A DNA stretch of 63,818 bases, counting the filler, from Rhabdomonas costata (lineage: Eukaryota), in assembly GCA_019059605.1 (NCBI GenBank). It is 46 parts of 46 records of this genome, joined end to end, with 100 filler letters (N's around TTAATTAATTAA, not from the genome) between each part and the next. Parts side by side here need not be neighbours in the genome. Positions count along the whole stretch, not along the records: positions 1 to 1,289 come from JAHMHO010020501.1; positions 1,390 to 2,679 come from JAHMHO010020502.1; positions 2,780 to 4,068 come from JAHMHO010020503.1; positions 4,169 to 5,456 come from JAHMHO010020504.1; positions 5,557 to 6,846 come from JAHMHO010020505.1; positions 6,947 to 8,236 come from JAHMHO010020506.1; positions 8,337 to 9,626 come from JAHMHO010020507.1; positions 9,727 to 11,016 come from JAHMHO010020508.1; 38 more parts are not named here. One strand, written 5' to 3'. Under the pieces are notes generated by a model. It saw nothing but the letters and a program-made list of their open reading frames with translations. It was not told where the DNA came from and did no database searches. The translations under genes were made by a program, and so were the position numbers. How positions within the stretch are numbered: the stretch's first letter is position 1; the number at the start of each line of letters is the position of its first letter. Below are positions 1 to 12,945 of the stretch, in pieces.

Positions 1-49
1 GGGGGTCATGACCTTGCTGAGCTGTGCCTGCTTCTGGCCCAGGCCTCCC

Positions 50-1289
50 AATCCGGAGCTCCAGCTCCCTGAGGTGGGAGGCCTGGGCCAGAAGCAGGCA
101 CAGCTCAGCAAGGTCATGACCCGCCTCGACCTGGTTGCAGTTCCCATCTAGGCAGAGCTGAGTGAGATGTCCCCCAGAGGCGGACAGAAGCCCTGCCACA
201 ACGCCGTGTGCGCCATCCTGGGTGAGGTATCCCCGAGCACACTCCAAGGAGACTTCCCGGAGAGCCGTGGTTCGGCCGCTGCACTGGAGCCCGGAGGCCA
301 CGCATAACACCTCCTCGTCCCCCGCGGTGCAGGGAGCGAAGCGCAAGTGGAGGGAAGTGAGGGCAGGTGCCGCGGACAGGCCCTCGGAGAGACGTCGCAG
401 TGTGCGAATGGGGAAGCGGCACAGGGTAGAGATGCTAAGGGAGCGCAGCCTGGTGCATGCCGGGAGGTGGTAGGCCACCGTGTCCGCCAGCACCCACAGC
501 TCGTCCTCGGTGAGGAAGTCCTGTTCACCAGAAAACCAGTGTATGTGCATGCCACCACATGTATGAACATGTATGGACTCTGGCCCGCGGAACCCACTGT
601 TGAGGAGGAGTTTCCCCTTCAACGTACCCCTCCTGCATGTACGGCTGGCTCGGGATAAGTGCACCGCTGTTTTTTTTATTGCGCTACGCGGGGAGCCGGA
701 GCTGTTCCATCTGCAACACCTCTGCCGGTGTGAAAAGCGAGCAAAACCGAAGGCGCGCCGCGTTTTCGCGACTCTTCACGTGCCTCGAGTTTCTCAAAGC
801 ACGTATACGCGCACGAACATGATATCAAACACACCGCACATGTCTCATCGCCCTTCTTTTCGTACCTTCTTCCCACAGACACGATACTCTTGTATATGCA
901 GTGAAGTCTTTCAATTGGACCTCCACAAGGCAGCGCAGCTCCTATAGAAAAGCCTCGCAGCATAAGGTCTGTGACAAGTAGGCCTCCTGCAAGCAGAGGT
1001 GAGTGATAGTGTAGTAATGGCATAGTGATAATGCTTTTTAGTCATTCTTAACACTTTCCGTACACTCCATATCAAAACAGGCAAAACCAGAGAAGCAGGA
1101 ATCTGAAGCAGTTGTCCCATGGTTGCTTCTTCCTTATTTTCGGGCTCATGTGAGCTTTTCCCAACTTTTCAACCTGCTTTGAGAGTGCACCAACGAGGAT
1201 AGAAGGAAGACCCCATACCTGGCCAAGCTCCAGCCTCAGCACGGCCAAAGCGGGGCACTCCACAGCCAGCCTAGGGACCAACACCACAA
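50..1289 (-). CDS. Leucine-rich repeat (RNI-like) protein, partial; exons 1289-1219 and 520-~50
   Basis: GT-AG intron 1218-521. Spliced read: CPALAVLRLELGQ|DFLTEDELWVLADT...CTRLRSLSI...PALTSLHLRF...ALREVSLE...HLTQLCLDGN...HLRELELRI, with repeated LxxLxL motifs. Confidence 0.7.
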
Positions 1290-1389
1290 NNNNNNNNNNN
1301 NNNNNNNNNNNNNNNNNNNNNNNNNNNNNNNNNTTAATTAATTAANNNNNNNNNNNNNNNNNNNNNNNNNNNNNNNNNNNNNNNNNNNN
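1290..1389. other. Artificial contig-joining spacer (first of 45)
   Basis: 44 N + TTAATTAATTAA (stops in all six frames) + 44 N, recurring about every 1.39 kb through the window. Confidence 0.99.
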
Positions 1390-1737
1390 GTGGTGGGGTG
1401 GCAAACACAAGATGTCCCCCCGCCAACCAACTGCTGCCCTCAACGAGAGACCTGAAGTCTGCCATATGGTGCAACATTGAGATGGAGATGGCGACAAAAA
1501 CAGCGGAGAAGACAACGATTGGTTTGACGTCCGAGAGAAGTACAGCATATCTATCGGGGGGTGCGGGGGAAGGGGACTGCAGAGCAATGCGGAATAATGG
1601 TATTCATCTCAGAATCTGCGATGCACTTTAACTAGTACTCCCCTCCCAATACAAACCGGCACCATCCGTTTTCAAAATCCATTGCCAAACGGCCAGCTGC
1701 GAAAAGAAAAGCGGGGATGAAAACGAAGAAGTCCGAC

Positions 1738-2597
1738 CTTCTGCAACGGGTCCTTGTTCATCATGGCAGAGAGGTACCGCAACGCCTTTACCTCGCGACC
1801 GCAGAACAGCGGGGAGGAATCCAGTACATGGCGCAGGGCGGGCCGCTGCGCGGGCACCACACTGAGCATCATGGTCAGCGCCCCTGCACAAGAAAAATCC
1901 AGAGAACCCCTGGAGCCTGGAAGACCGCACTTCGGTCGAAAAAAAGCGCCAAGGAAAGCTGTCGGCAAAAAGCAATGTGTGGTGGTGTCCCACGCGCCAT
2001 AAATTGCCACTCCAGCGTTCCCTGTTGTCAATGCTCGAATGCTTGGTACGCTTGGTAAGGTGAATCACTGTTGTACAACGGAAATAAAATCCTATTCCTC
2101 CATCAAGCGACAACCCCGACCAAAAAGGATCAAGGAAGGGGGGGGCTGACTGAATTACTGATTTGAAACATCAACCGGCACAATCTACCTGAAATACCTG
2201 GTATACCGCGGATCGGTTGGGGAAGGGTTGGGGGGCAGAGAAAGCCAATGATACCAAAGAGCCCATGAGGAAACGACGCCGGGGGCTGCGCCTGGTTCAG
2301 GCCACTGTATACAGTGGCCATGTAGCTCTCGGTGTCCTTCACCGTGAACAAAGTGGGAGTGGGCTGCCCCGCCACTGCCGCTAATGTCCGGTACAGGGTG
2401 CACCCCTGGCAAAGGCCAAACCAAAAAGAAGAACCAAGAACCGCAAGCGAGACAAGCTCGGGCCACAGAAGGAGGATAACATAATGCGCGAAGCTCTCAG
2501 AGAAGGGAAATGGACCAAGGAAGTGGGGCACGGCACTGTACCAGGGACCATGTGTCAGACTCGCGGCACGGCCGGTTCTCGTTGACGTACTCAGGGG
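1738..2597 (-). CDS. SCY1-like (SCYL2/CVAK104-type) kinase-domain protein, partial; exons 2597-2542, 2405-2255, 1883-1738
   Basis: Phase-compatible GT-AG introns give APEYVNENRPCRESDTWSL|GCTLY (subdomains VIII-IX) ... PAQRP ... VKALRYLSAMMNKDPLQK, resembling the SCYL2 post-kinase helix. Confidence 0.65.
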
Positions 2598-3114
2598 CTG
2601 CAAAGAGTGAAAGGAAGACGGATGCACCCACCGATCTGAGCAACTCACAAAATTCTATTCCAGCAATCCCCCAACCCACNNNNNNNNNNNNNNNNNNNNN
2701 NNNNNNNNNNNNNNNNNNNNNNNTTAATTAATTAANNNNNNNNNNNNNNNNNNNNNNNNNNNNNNNNNNNNNNNNNNNNGTTGTGGGGCTTCAGGTGGAG
2801 GGGTGCTTGTGCATTCCTTTCGGGCTTTCTTGTTGCACTTGGGGTGGGCATAGTGCTTCCACAGCTAAGCATTATGCCCACCCCAAGTGCAACAAGAAAG
2901 CCCGAAAGGAATGCACAAGCACCCCTCCACCTGAAGCCCCAGAGGCTCCAATGTCTTCGTTTGCACAGCACGGGTCCTTTTGTATCTTTGGCGAGAAGAA
3001 CTAAGAAAAAAGAAGAAGAAGAAGAAGTATGAAGACCTGTGAAGAAGAGACTGGTGAACCGAAAATATGTGGCACGAGATAGTAGGTAGGATCACCGAGA
3101 GACTGCTTTCTTTA

Positions 3115-3942
<828 letters not shown>

Positions 3943-5770
3943 TTCCGGCACGTCCCGTTGACCCCTACGCTCAGGCCCCGCACAGACACAACCTCTCCTA
4001 GCGCGAAAGGCCGCCCCTGTTGTCCAAGAAAAGAGCAATTGAAATTCAAAGCACCCGGCAAACAAACANNNNNNNNNNNNNNNNNNNNNNNNNNNNNNNN
4101 NNNNNNNNNNNNTTAATTAATTAANNNNNNNNNNNNNNNNNNNNNNNNNNNNNNNNNNNNNNNNNNNNGTGGGGGGGTCATCCCCGCTGCCGCACGTTCC
4201 CCACCCAAGTGATCGGGAGGCATTTGGAAACCCCACCGGAACACAGAAGTGGGAGGGGTTGCTGCTCCCTCCCCACGTGATTTCTTTGACGCTCGGATCA
4301 CAGAAAGATGAATGCAGAGTTCAGGTAGTTACCACAGCATAATAAGAAACAAAATAAGGTAAGTTACACTCGGAAAGATTTTATGTGACGATCTTCCATT
4401 CGAAGTCTTTTAAGCCAATATAAAGGCCATTGTCTGGGGATGTGTTGAGTGATGAACGCGGAAAGCTTTCTTGGTGGTGGATCCAAAACCGAATTGTGCC
4501 ACCGGCTGTTTGTGGAGAACGCTGGGCTTAAACCCAGCCATGTGTTGTGGTGCAGTTTATGGCTATGCACTTTATGTGCATAAAAAACTTGAGGACTTGT
4601 GAGGACTTGTGAGGAAATGCATTAAAAAAGAAACCATTTAAAAAACCGACCAGCATACGAAATGCCCTCCGTCATTTTCTTTGGGGAGGGATATCATTAC
4701 AAGAAGTACGTGAAGGCTTGGCTTTGGGCAAATATTGCCATGGAGAACCCAACTCTGCACCCCCAACGACATCTCGGCCATAACCACTCGCCTCGCCGAG
4801 AACTGAATGTCTTAAGGCTTGGATTTATCGATTCATATTCACGGTGCACAGCCGAAGTATACTTTAATGACCCCTCCTACTTTTGGGGCCTACTTTTACC
4901 AAATCTTCGGAGAGAATAGGGGTTAGGGGGTTAGGGAAAAGTATATCGCTTCGCTTTCTCCCGCATTCCTCATTCATCTTTGCGGCGTGCAGACGCATTG
5001 CTTACACAATTTGCACACAAATTTTTTTTCACATTTCAAACAAAATGGCACAAAAGCTCTTACGCAATTCAACAGAACTGCTTCCAAAACAAAGCGGGGT
5101 TCGAAAAACATGCGCCGACGTAGAAATAGTCACCAACAATATTTGCCTCTGCCAAAGACCATCAATTGCTCACGACCCTTCAAAATCCACACACATACAC
5201 CGGCAAACCCATACAAACCCGAAGCACCCACCAAAGCCGCAATTGCATTCCACCGCGGTGCGTTAGACTCCCCTGTTTCAGAAGCTAAACCGCACTTCTA
5301 GCCCTAAGGGGTGCTTCTCCATGGTCTGCAAAAGCGCCCTCAGCGGTGGGGGCACCGTTGGGGTCACGGTCACGGGCTGAGCGGAACGGGCGGCCCTTGC
5401 CGAGCCGTCGGTCTCGAGGGGCTCCTCCTCCAGCCCGTGACCGTGACCCCAACAACNNNNNNNNNNNNNNNNNNNNNNNNNNNNNNNNNNNNNNNNNNNN
5501 TTAATTAATTAANNNNNNNNNNNNNNNNNNNNNNNNNNNNNNNNNNNNNNNNNNNNTTTGTGTGTGTCAATCAGCACTTTACGACACACAGAGCCAACGT
5601 CCACTGAAAGCAAAGTCACGTAGCCTCTGACGTGGACCTCGGGGTCGGCAAGGACAGGACAAAATAAGCTCGGATATGCATTCACTGCGCGCAACATGAC
5701 ACATTGCCAATGGACGAATCGCGCCCTTAGGACCTAAACGGGCAAGCCGCCAACAGCATCCAGCATTCAC

Positions 5771-6749
5771 CTGAGGCTTTTCCTGAACACTTTCGAGGAG
5801 CTTCTTTAGCTTCTTGTCAAGTTTTGCCGTGTGTACGGCCAGCTTCTCGGCCTCATCCTGGGGCGTGGCCTCGGTCTTGACCTTCTTCTTCTTCTTGTGG
5901 TGGTGCTGGAGTGGACACGGAACACGTTCCAAACCCTGCAAACTTACCCCTTTACCACTTATTAAAAAATTACGTTTCTTTTCGGCTCGAATGCCGAGCA
6001 AACCGAGACAGCTTCTATGAGCACAGTGACACTCAAACACAGATTCAGCAAGGTGCCCCCAAAACCGAGTCAAACCCCGCTCCACAGAACCAGTACCATC
6101 CCCCCAAACACCGTTGCCTGACCTCATTGAGGAAGGCGACTGTTGTTACAGACTGTTGGTCAACATTTTCTCGATGTGAGGGGGACCCCGTAGCAGTCCT
6201 CTGTACATTACAAAGGAGGTGCGAACACCGTAAGAGAGCACCCAAAGTCGCCCCTGTATGAAGAGTAGTCAGTCGGAGGCCAGGCTGCATTTGCGGTAGT
6301 CAAACATTGCTTCCCTCCAGGGACTTTGCCAGACAGGCGGAAAACCCATATCGTGCGACAACGCTCACACGCATTCGGGAAAACGACGCCCTATGCCTTG
6401 CATTGAACAAAAACAACTGGGCTGCATATCCAAAAGGAAAAAACCAGCTCAAAAATTCTTCTGCAGCCTGCTGCCTCAAAAGGAGAGGGCAGGGAATGGA
6501 CGAATGGACAGTTATGCATCCTTCTCATGCTAAGAAGCTGTAGTGAGTATTGAAGTGGGGTACGTACGATGTAAACGAAGCACCGAAGGCTACCTTGCTC
6601 GCCTTTTCGTGGTGGTGGTGATGATGACGGTGCTTCTGGGCCTTGGATTCCGGAGCCTCCTCCTCCTCCGAAGACGACGAAGAAGAAGAAGTAGAAGACG
6701 AGGAAGCGGAGGAGGAGGACGGCGAGTGGCCATGCTTATGGTGCCCCAT
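5771..6749 (-). CDS. Hypothetical protein with Ser/Glu/His/Lys-rich N-terminus, partial; exons 6749-6594 and 5905-5771
   Basis: ATG, GT/AG boundaries and in-frame join: MGHHKHGHSPSSSS...EKASK|HHHKKKKKVKTEATPQDEAEKLAV. Confidence 0.55.
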
Positions 6750-6946
6750 TGCAAAGTTGATGGCACGACAGAACGAGATATGGAGCTGTTGCAAGGGGCA
6801 AGTGCACATGGAGAGGCCATTGGTGATCTGTCCATGCAACAAAAAANNNNNNNNNNNNNNNNNNNNNNNNNNNNNNNNNNNNNNNNNNNNTTAATTAATT
6901 AANNNNNNNNNNNNNNNNNNNNNNNNNNNNNNNNNNNNNNNNNNNN

Positions 6947-7082
6947 GGGTTGGTGGGACGGCCTCGAAGGCTTCTGGGGAGTGGGCCTCTGCCTCCGCAG
7001 GGACCTTCAGCGCGGCCTCAGGAACAGCCTCCGCCGCGGCTTCGCCTCCATCCGCGGCGGCAGCGGCAGCGGCATCGGCCAT
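6947..7082 (-). CDS. Hypothetical protein N-terminus (Ala/Glu-rich), truncated by contig end
   Basis: GC-rich MADAAAAAAADGGEAAAEAVPEAALKVP running into the spacer. Confidence 0.4.
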
Positions 7083-9052
7083 GCCACCGGCTCCGAAAAT
7101 GCGGACGTCCTCGACGTTCACCGCCTCCTCCGCAGCGGTGATGACGAACGAGAAGATGTCTGCGCACGCGAGGCCGCAATTTCGGTAAAAGCCGCTGGGG
7201 TTTGTGTTTTTAGGCAACAGCTCAGGCATATTTTTTGTCGTCTTTTTTCTCCACCGAATTCGTTCGTACACGAAAGTTAAGATCCACGTTCCTTCTTTGT
7301 TAATCACCCTGAGGCTGAGTAGGGACCTCCGTGCGCCTCGACGAAGGCACCGCAAAACAAAAAACAGGGCGAAATTGCGCACCCGTTCCGACTTAACAAT
7401 GCGGGCTGGTATTGGGCACAAATCTATTCGCTCCAAAAAGGCGACAATCAGTCAGCAAAAAAAGGCAAAGAATGTGTTGGCGCTTGTGCTCTGTGCTTCT
7501 TCCATGACATACAGTCGTGCGTGAGTTTTGTGGAACGTTGAGGGAAAACCGCACTTCAGGGTTAACTGGATACCTTAACCTAATTCCCACCGAGGGTTTT
7601 GCAGAAAGTTGGCTTTCGCAAAATGACTCAGCGACGAACGGCGTCATTCATGGCGATGCTAAATAAAAAGCTTGTGTGCGTGTAGGTGAGGAAGCACTCA
7701 CCATGGTTATCGGCCAGGTGCCCTGTGGTGGCAGTAATGCCAAAGTAGTACCTGCGAAGGGGAAGAAGAGCGGATGGCCACCAGCGCTGGAGTGAATAAC
7801 TTTGATGGTATCAGCGACTCCACGGAAAAAGTTTTTTTTACAGCTCGATCGCGTTCGAAGACATATCATTTCCAGTTGCTGTCCAAACCACTTCATAGAT
7901 GCAGATCATCCGACGACCATTTTGGTCTAAAACCACACTGTCTACTCATGCGCACGTCCTGACGTCCTGGTGGGAAAAAGGAAATTCGAGATGACCGGGA
8001 GATGAGCGAGCCACCGGACCAGACACACACAGCCACCACACGGGAGTGCGTGAGGGATGGGAGGAAAGGCGGACCCGGTGGGAAGCTCGAAGTTGTTGAT
8101 CTGCCCGCAGAACGTCTCCTCGGATTTGATCCCAACAGACAGCCACAGCGAGAGCGTGGTGCCAGTGTACCGCACTCGCTGTGGCTGTCTGTTGGGATCA
8201 AATCCGAGGAGACGTTCTGCGGGCAGACCAACAACCNNNNNNNNNNNNNNNNNNNNNNNNNNNNNNNNNNNNNNNNNNNNTTAATTAATTAANNNNNNNN
8301 NNNNNNNNNNNNNNNNNNNNNNNNNNNNNNNNNNNNGTGTTGGGTGTGTGTGGGGTTGTGGGGTGCAGCCCGAGCAACAGAAGGGGGTAGAAGTCGGCTT
8401 CAGGGCTTTTTGCACCAGAGGTGCAACCGGTTGGGCAGTGCAACGTGTGCCCGAAGAAGCGTGGTGCATGTGATGGTGTGGAAAAGGGATCACTCATGTC
8501 GAATCTCTGCTGGTGGAAGGATCCATACAAAAACGGCGTGCCCCCTAAACGCTCGTAATTGCATCCCTGCTATTTGGGGGGCCCGATCAATCAGCAACAG
8601 CAGCAGGTTTAGCTGCAGCCCGTACTACACCGGTGGCGGATCAAAGGTACGGGTCATCTTTGGCAGACAAGTATTTGCCATCACCCAAACCAGCATTGAA
8701 GTAATCGCAATCCAAGACCCGGGAGATCCAGGCATGGCTGAGTTACGCCCGGGCGTTTGACGGTATACGGGCTTCGGAAAGCATGTTGAGAACATACTTG
8801 CAATTACGAGGCAAGTTGCAAACGACGTCTTTCGAGTGGGCATGTTCAAAGCATAACCAGTGGGCCCGACTGCAAAAGACCACAATTGGATCATATCCGA
8901 ACCTCCTTGAAGTCCCCGGCCATTGGGTTGAGCGTCTGTGTGCAAAAGTCGGCACGCGCTGACACCCTCAGCAAGCACCTTTAGGTACACCCGAGAATTT
9001 GCATTGAGGTTTTTTTTGGGAAAGGACACGCCCTACGATACTTTGCACTACA

Positions 9053-9274
9053 CCTCAGAGGTGATCACAGAGTTGGCCAGCCAGTAGTCCTCCCCGGCCA
9101 GGAACACAGTAATGGTGAGGTCCGGGAAGTACTCCCAGCTGACGTAGGTTTTTACGAGCCACGACCCGGCCTGCTGGATGGTGACGTCCGTGGAGTTGAC
9201 GAGGGTGTAACGCTGGAAGTCTGCCACTGGGGGACGATTTGTCAAGGCGTCAAACCGGGTGAAGTCGATGTTAC
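9053..9274 (-). CDS. Internal exon of unknown protein
   Basis: GC3-rich frame NIDFTRFDALTNRPPVADFQRYTLVN...LANSVITSE bounded by AG and GT. Confidence 0.45.
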
Positions 9275-9780
9275 TGAATGAGGAAAGGCCACCATATGAA
9301 TGTGAAGCAAAGGAAGTTATTTGTTCTTTCTGGTGTGATGCAGTCTCCCAATAGCCGCACTGTCAGACGGGTATCGCCTGATAGGCTCCTAAGGGTTCTG
9401 GCACCACTGGATCGATGTGTCGCCGGACACAGCACTGAAGTACCTCCTATGATTCGAGCTCACTCATTTGAAAGCCTGCATGCCTTCACAGCTGCCTGCC
9501 AGAATTGCGCTTGCGCCCGATTCGGAATTTATTTGACCAACCATCAGCGCGCCAACACAATTCGCACAGAGAGAAGATGTTGCTCATACAAAAAAAAGGC
9601 GAAGAACATTCAGACAACCAACCACANNNNNNNNNNNNNNNNNNNNNNNNNNNNNNNNNNNNNNNNNNNNTTAATTAATTAANNNNNNNNNNNNNNNNNN
9701 NNNNNNNNNNNNNNNNNNNNNNNNNNTTGGTCGGCTGGCTGGCTGGCTGGCTGGCTTAATTTTCTGTTTTGTTTGCACAG

Positions 9781-11016
9781 GTGAGCACGTCAAGCTCCCA
9801 AGTCGTGCTCCGTGGAGTACAGTTTCGGAAGCAAGTTGTGGAGAAGAGCTTGAACGCACGCGCTGCAGCGATAGAGGTGCTGCCAAGTGGTTTTCCTGCG
9901 GTTTAATATGAGTGAGGTTCTCTCTTTTGAAAGGAAAAGACCTTTGACCTCTGCATATTTCTGTGTGGTTTCTTTCGGCCGCATGGGGATGGGGGCTGAA
10001 TTAGGCTGAGTTGGACAACCTACGAGCGAAGGCTGCGGAAATCAAGGACGCCTCTTTGCTGTGCAAAGACAGGCTTGAGCTTGTCTCAGGTTGTTTCTGT
10101 TGGCTGCTGTGCAGGGCAAGGGACTTTAAAGCTTATTCTTGGTAGAGACATGAAAGGCAGCGATTCGGTTTTCCACTTTCGCGCGGTTCTCGATCGAGGC
10201 CTCCTTGGTTTCTTGGGTCCCAATGCAAATGGACACTTGCAGTTGTCCTTGGTGGCCGTGATGTATGATGGATGCTTTTCTTTGGAGATTTTCTTGCCCG
10301 CAGCTCTGGGGAAAAGTTGGACTTCCAACTATGCGAGCAAAAATTTTGACAGTGAAGAATGGAGCGGTTTTCTCATCTACCACCGAGAGCAGTCCAAGAC
10401 AACGCTCTCCGAGCTGCGCAAGCACGAGAGTGAGGTGCGGTGCGTTTCGTTTTCCACAAGCTGGTGAATCGGTGTTTTCTCGGATCAATCAAGCTGAAGT
10501 TGTGTTTTTGCTGTTCAGCTGGACAACGTTTCCAAGAAGATCATGAAACTTGAGGCGGAGCTCGCGAGCCAGCACTCTGGGAGGGCTTCGGGGCACGTGG
10601 AGCGGGAGCTTGTGCTGGTCTCTGTGAAGCTGTCGGAGCCCAGTATAGCATTGTGGATTTTCTCTTTGGTTTGAGATGAGATAGCTGTGTAGAGTGGTTG
10701 AGGGCTGTCTGATTGTTTGCAGCGACGAGGCTGGCGCTGAGCGTGGCGTACGTGGTGTACAGCACGAGCTGGACTCCGGTGTACGACCTTCGGGTAAATA
10801 CGGAGGCCCGCGAGATCGCGCTGACGTACAGTGCGGTGGTGAGTCAGGGCAGCTCCGAGGACTGGGAGGACGTTCTACTTGAGCTTTCGACGAGCCAGCC
10901 GCATGTCGGGGGATCACATCCTGAGCTTCACCCGTGGAAGCTGAGCGAGCAGCCTCCACCTGTCGCTTATCCTGTGCAGCCTGGCATGGCTATGATGATG
11001 AATCCTCTGGCAAGGG
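9781..11016 (+). CDS. DUF4140/DUF4139 (MuiA-like) protein, multi-exon, partial
   Basis: Last exon LSVAYVVYSTSWTPVYDLRVN...LTYSAVVSQGSSEDWEDVLLELSTSQP matches the DUF4139 start motif (Y..ASW.P.YDLR ... Q..GEDW..V.L.LST..P). It follows coiled-coil exons separated by short GT-AG introns. Confidence 0.85.
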
Positions 11017-11452
11017 NNNNNNNNNNNNNNNNNNNNNNNNNNNNNNNNNNNNNNNNNNNNTTAATTAATTAANNNNNNNNNNNNNNNNNNNNNNNNNNNN
11101 NNNNNNNNNNNNNNNNTGTTTTTTTTGCAATCAAGATCAATATCTTATATATTTTATTAAATAAATTTTGTAATTTATTCTTTCATATCTTTTTTATTTA
11201 TTATTTAACAGTCAAATAATAAATAAAAAAGATATGAAAGAATAAATTACAAAATTTATTTAATAAAATATATAAGATATTGATCTTGATTGCAAAAAAA
11301 ATTACAAATTTACAAAAATTACAAAAAATAATCGACAAAAAATAATATATTTTTAACATAATAATTCTAAGAAAATATTTATTTTCTTAAAATTACAAAT
11401 TTTTGTAATTTAAAATATTTAATATAATATTTAAAGCATACATCCAAAAATA

Positions 11453-12335
11453 TTATAAAATAAACAATGAAAAATTTGCAATTGTAAAGTGTTTTGTGTT
11501 AATATAAGACAAAAGATAAGCAGAATTATAATTGTGTATTCCTTTTGCTTTTATAATTCCGAAATAATCATTTTTAATATTTGCGATATTACGTGTTGTA
11601 ATTGGTGAAGTTTGTGGTTCTATTGTTAACCAAATATTATCATCATAGTTATTAATCATTTTATATATTTTCATTTGTTCAACGATATTTTTACAAGAAG
11701 CTGATTTCAATAAATTAATCGCATATATTTTTGTAATTATACTTCAGTTAATATCAATTTCATCATTTTTATTAATATAAGATATATTATTATATTTTTA
11801 ATAATATCTATAAAAATCTGAATATTATGTGTGTGAACAATAATAATATTCAATGCCTTTAATGCTTCATCAGCACATATTCCTCCATTACGAGAATACA
11901 TGTAAATAAGCACCGAATGCACTTGAAAACCAAAAAGGTTTATTTTTATATTTTGTAATAAATTCGTTTTCATCGTCTAGATCATAAAAACCGTCCATAA
12001 CTTTATAAAACCATGTTTTAGATGTAAAATACAGATAATTTACATCATTAAATATTTTGTATTCCATGATGAAATAATAATAAATTTTTCTAAATTGAAT
12101 CTGAGATACATTTTTGTTTAATTAAAAAATCAGTGAATGGATAAAATGTAAAATGCATTTTAATTGTAACATTTTTTGATGTAACAACATCATCATTATG
12201 TTCATAAATATCATTGTAATATTTGTTGAATTTATCTGATTGTGATACACGATATAAAGAATAAAATTCAGGTGTAAAACGTTTAATTATATTAAAATGT
12301 TTATTTAATTGTGTTGTGTATTATTCACTACTAAA
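11453..12335 (-). pseudogene. Very AT-rich decayed coding sequence of unknown origin
   Basis: Protein-like segments in shifting frames (..IKRFTPEFYSLYRVSQ..; ..FYKVMDGFYDLDDENEFITKYKNKPFWFSSAFGAYLH..; ..RNGGICADEALKALNII..; ..YAINLLKSASCKNIVEQ..) broken by stops and frameshifts. Confidence 0.5.
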
Positions 12336-12774
12336 TATATCGATATATCGATATATTTAGTAGTGAATAATACACAACACAATTAAATAAACATTTTAAT
12401 ATAATTAANNNNNNNNNNNNNNNNNNNNNNNNNNNNNNNNNNNNNNNNNNNNTTAATTAATTAANNNNNNNNNNNNNNNNNNNNNNNNNNNNNNNNNNNN
12501 NNNNNNNNCATCATCATCTCTACCGGGGTAACTCTTCCTCGGGGTCCCTTCGTCGGAATTTGCTCGAAACTTGAGGGCAGGAGGGTACCACACCCCATTC
12601 TTCCTGCATGTCGGCTTCGGCGGCCTCCACTTCGCGTATTTGCTACCTTTGGGTTCATTGAGGGTATCTATCACATACCGGGTCTCACTTGGAGGTTGGT
12701 GGGTCAATTTCCGCTTCGGTGTAAAGTTCGCATTGGGGGACCAAACGTTTTCTTACGGCCTTTGCATTCGGCTT

Positions 12775-12945
12775 CGGATTAGGGATTCGGGTTCAGCTTC
12801 TGGGGTTGGGTTTCGGAGTTCGCGATTCTGGGTTGGGGTTTTGGGTTCTGGATTCGGAGTTTGGGGTTGGGGTTCGTATTCGGGTTCGGTATTCGGCTTT
12901 CACCCCTCGGGGTTCGGGTTCGCTTTCTGGGTTCGGGTTCGGTGC
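12775..12945 (+). repeat. Degenerate GGGTTC/GGATTC/GGGTTG hexamer-like tract
   Basis: Direct reading; telomere-variant-like low complexity. Confidence 0.6.

Noticed and set aside
1..123. Long near-perfect inverted repeats at contig ends (also ~2780-2940, 5356-5456, 8085-8236, 11117-11298, 12285-12408, 13901-14172, 29181-29330, 42846-42971, 43072-43165, 43996-44359, 49833-49910, 55585-55705)
   Set aside because: They always touch a contig end, are unrelated in sequence and often copy part of a coding exon. This is the signature of MDA strand-switch chimeras, not hairpin telomeres, terminators or TIRs.
1290..1389. Regularly spaced TTAATTAATTAA palindrome (CRISPR-like or array-like periodicity)
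   Set aside because: It is an N-padded six-frame-stop linker added during concatenation; the even spacing reflects size-sorted contigs.
11453..12335. Alternative genetic code or tiny introns as the explanation for the AT-rich contig
   Set aside because: All three stop codons and several frameshifts occur, and removing the one 20-nt GT-AG candidate did not restore the frame.
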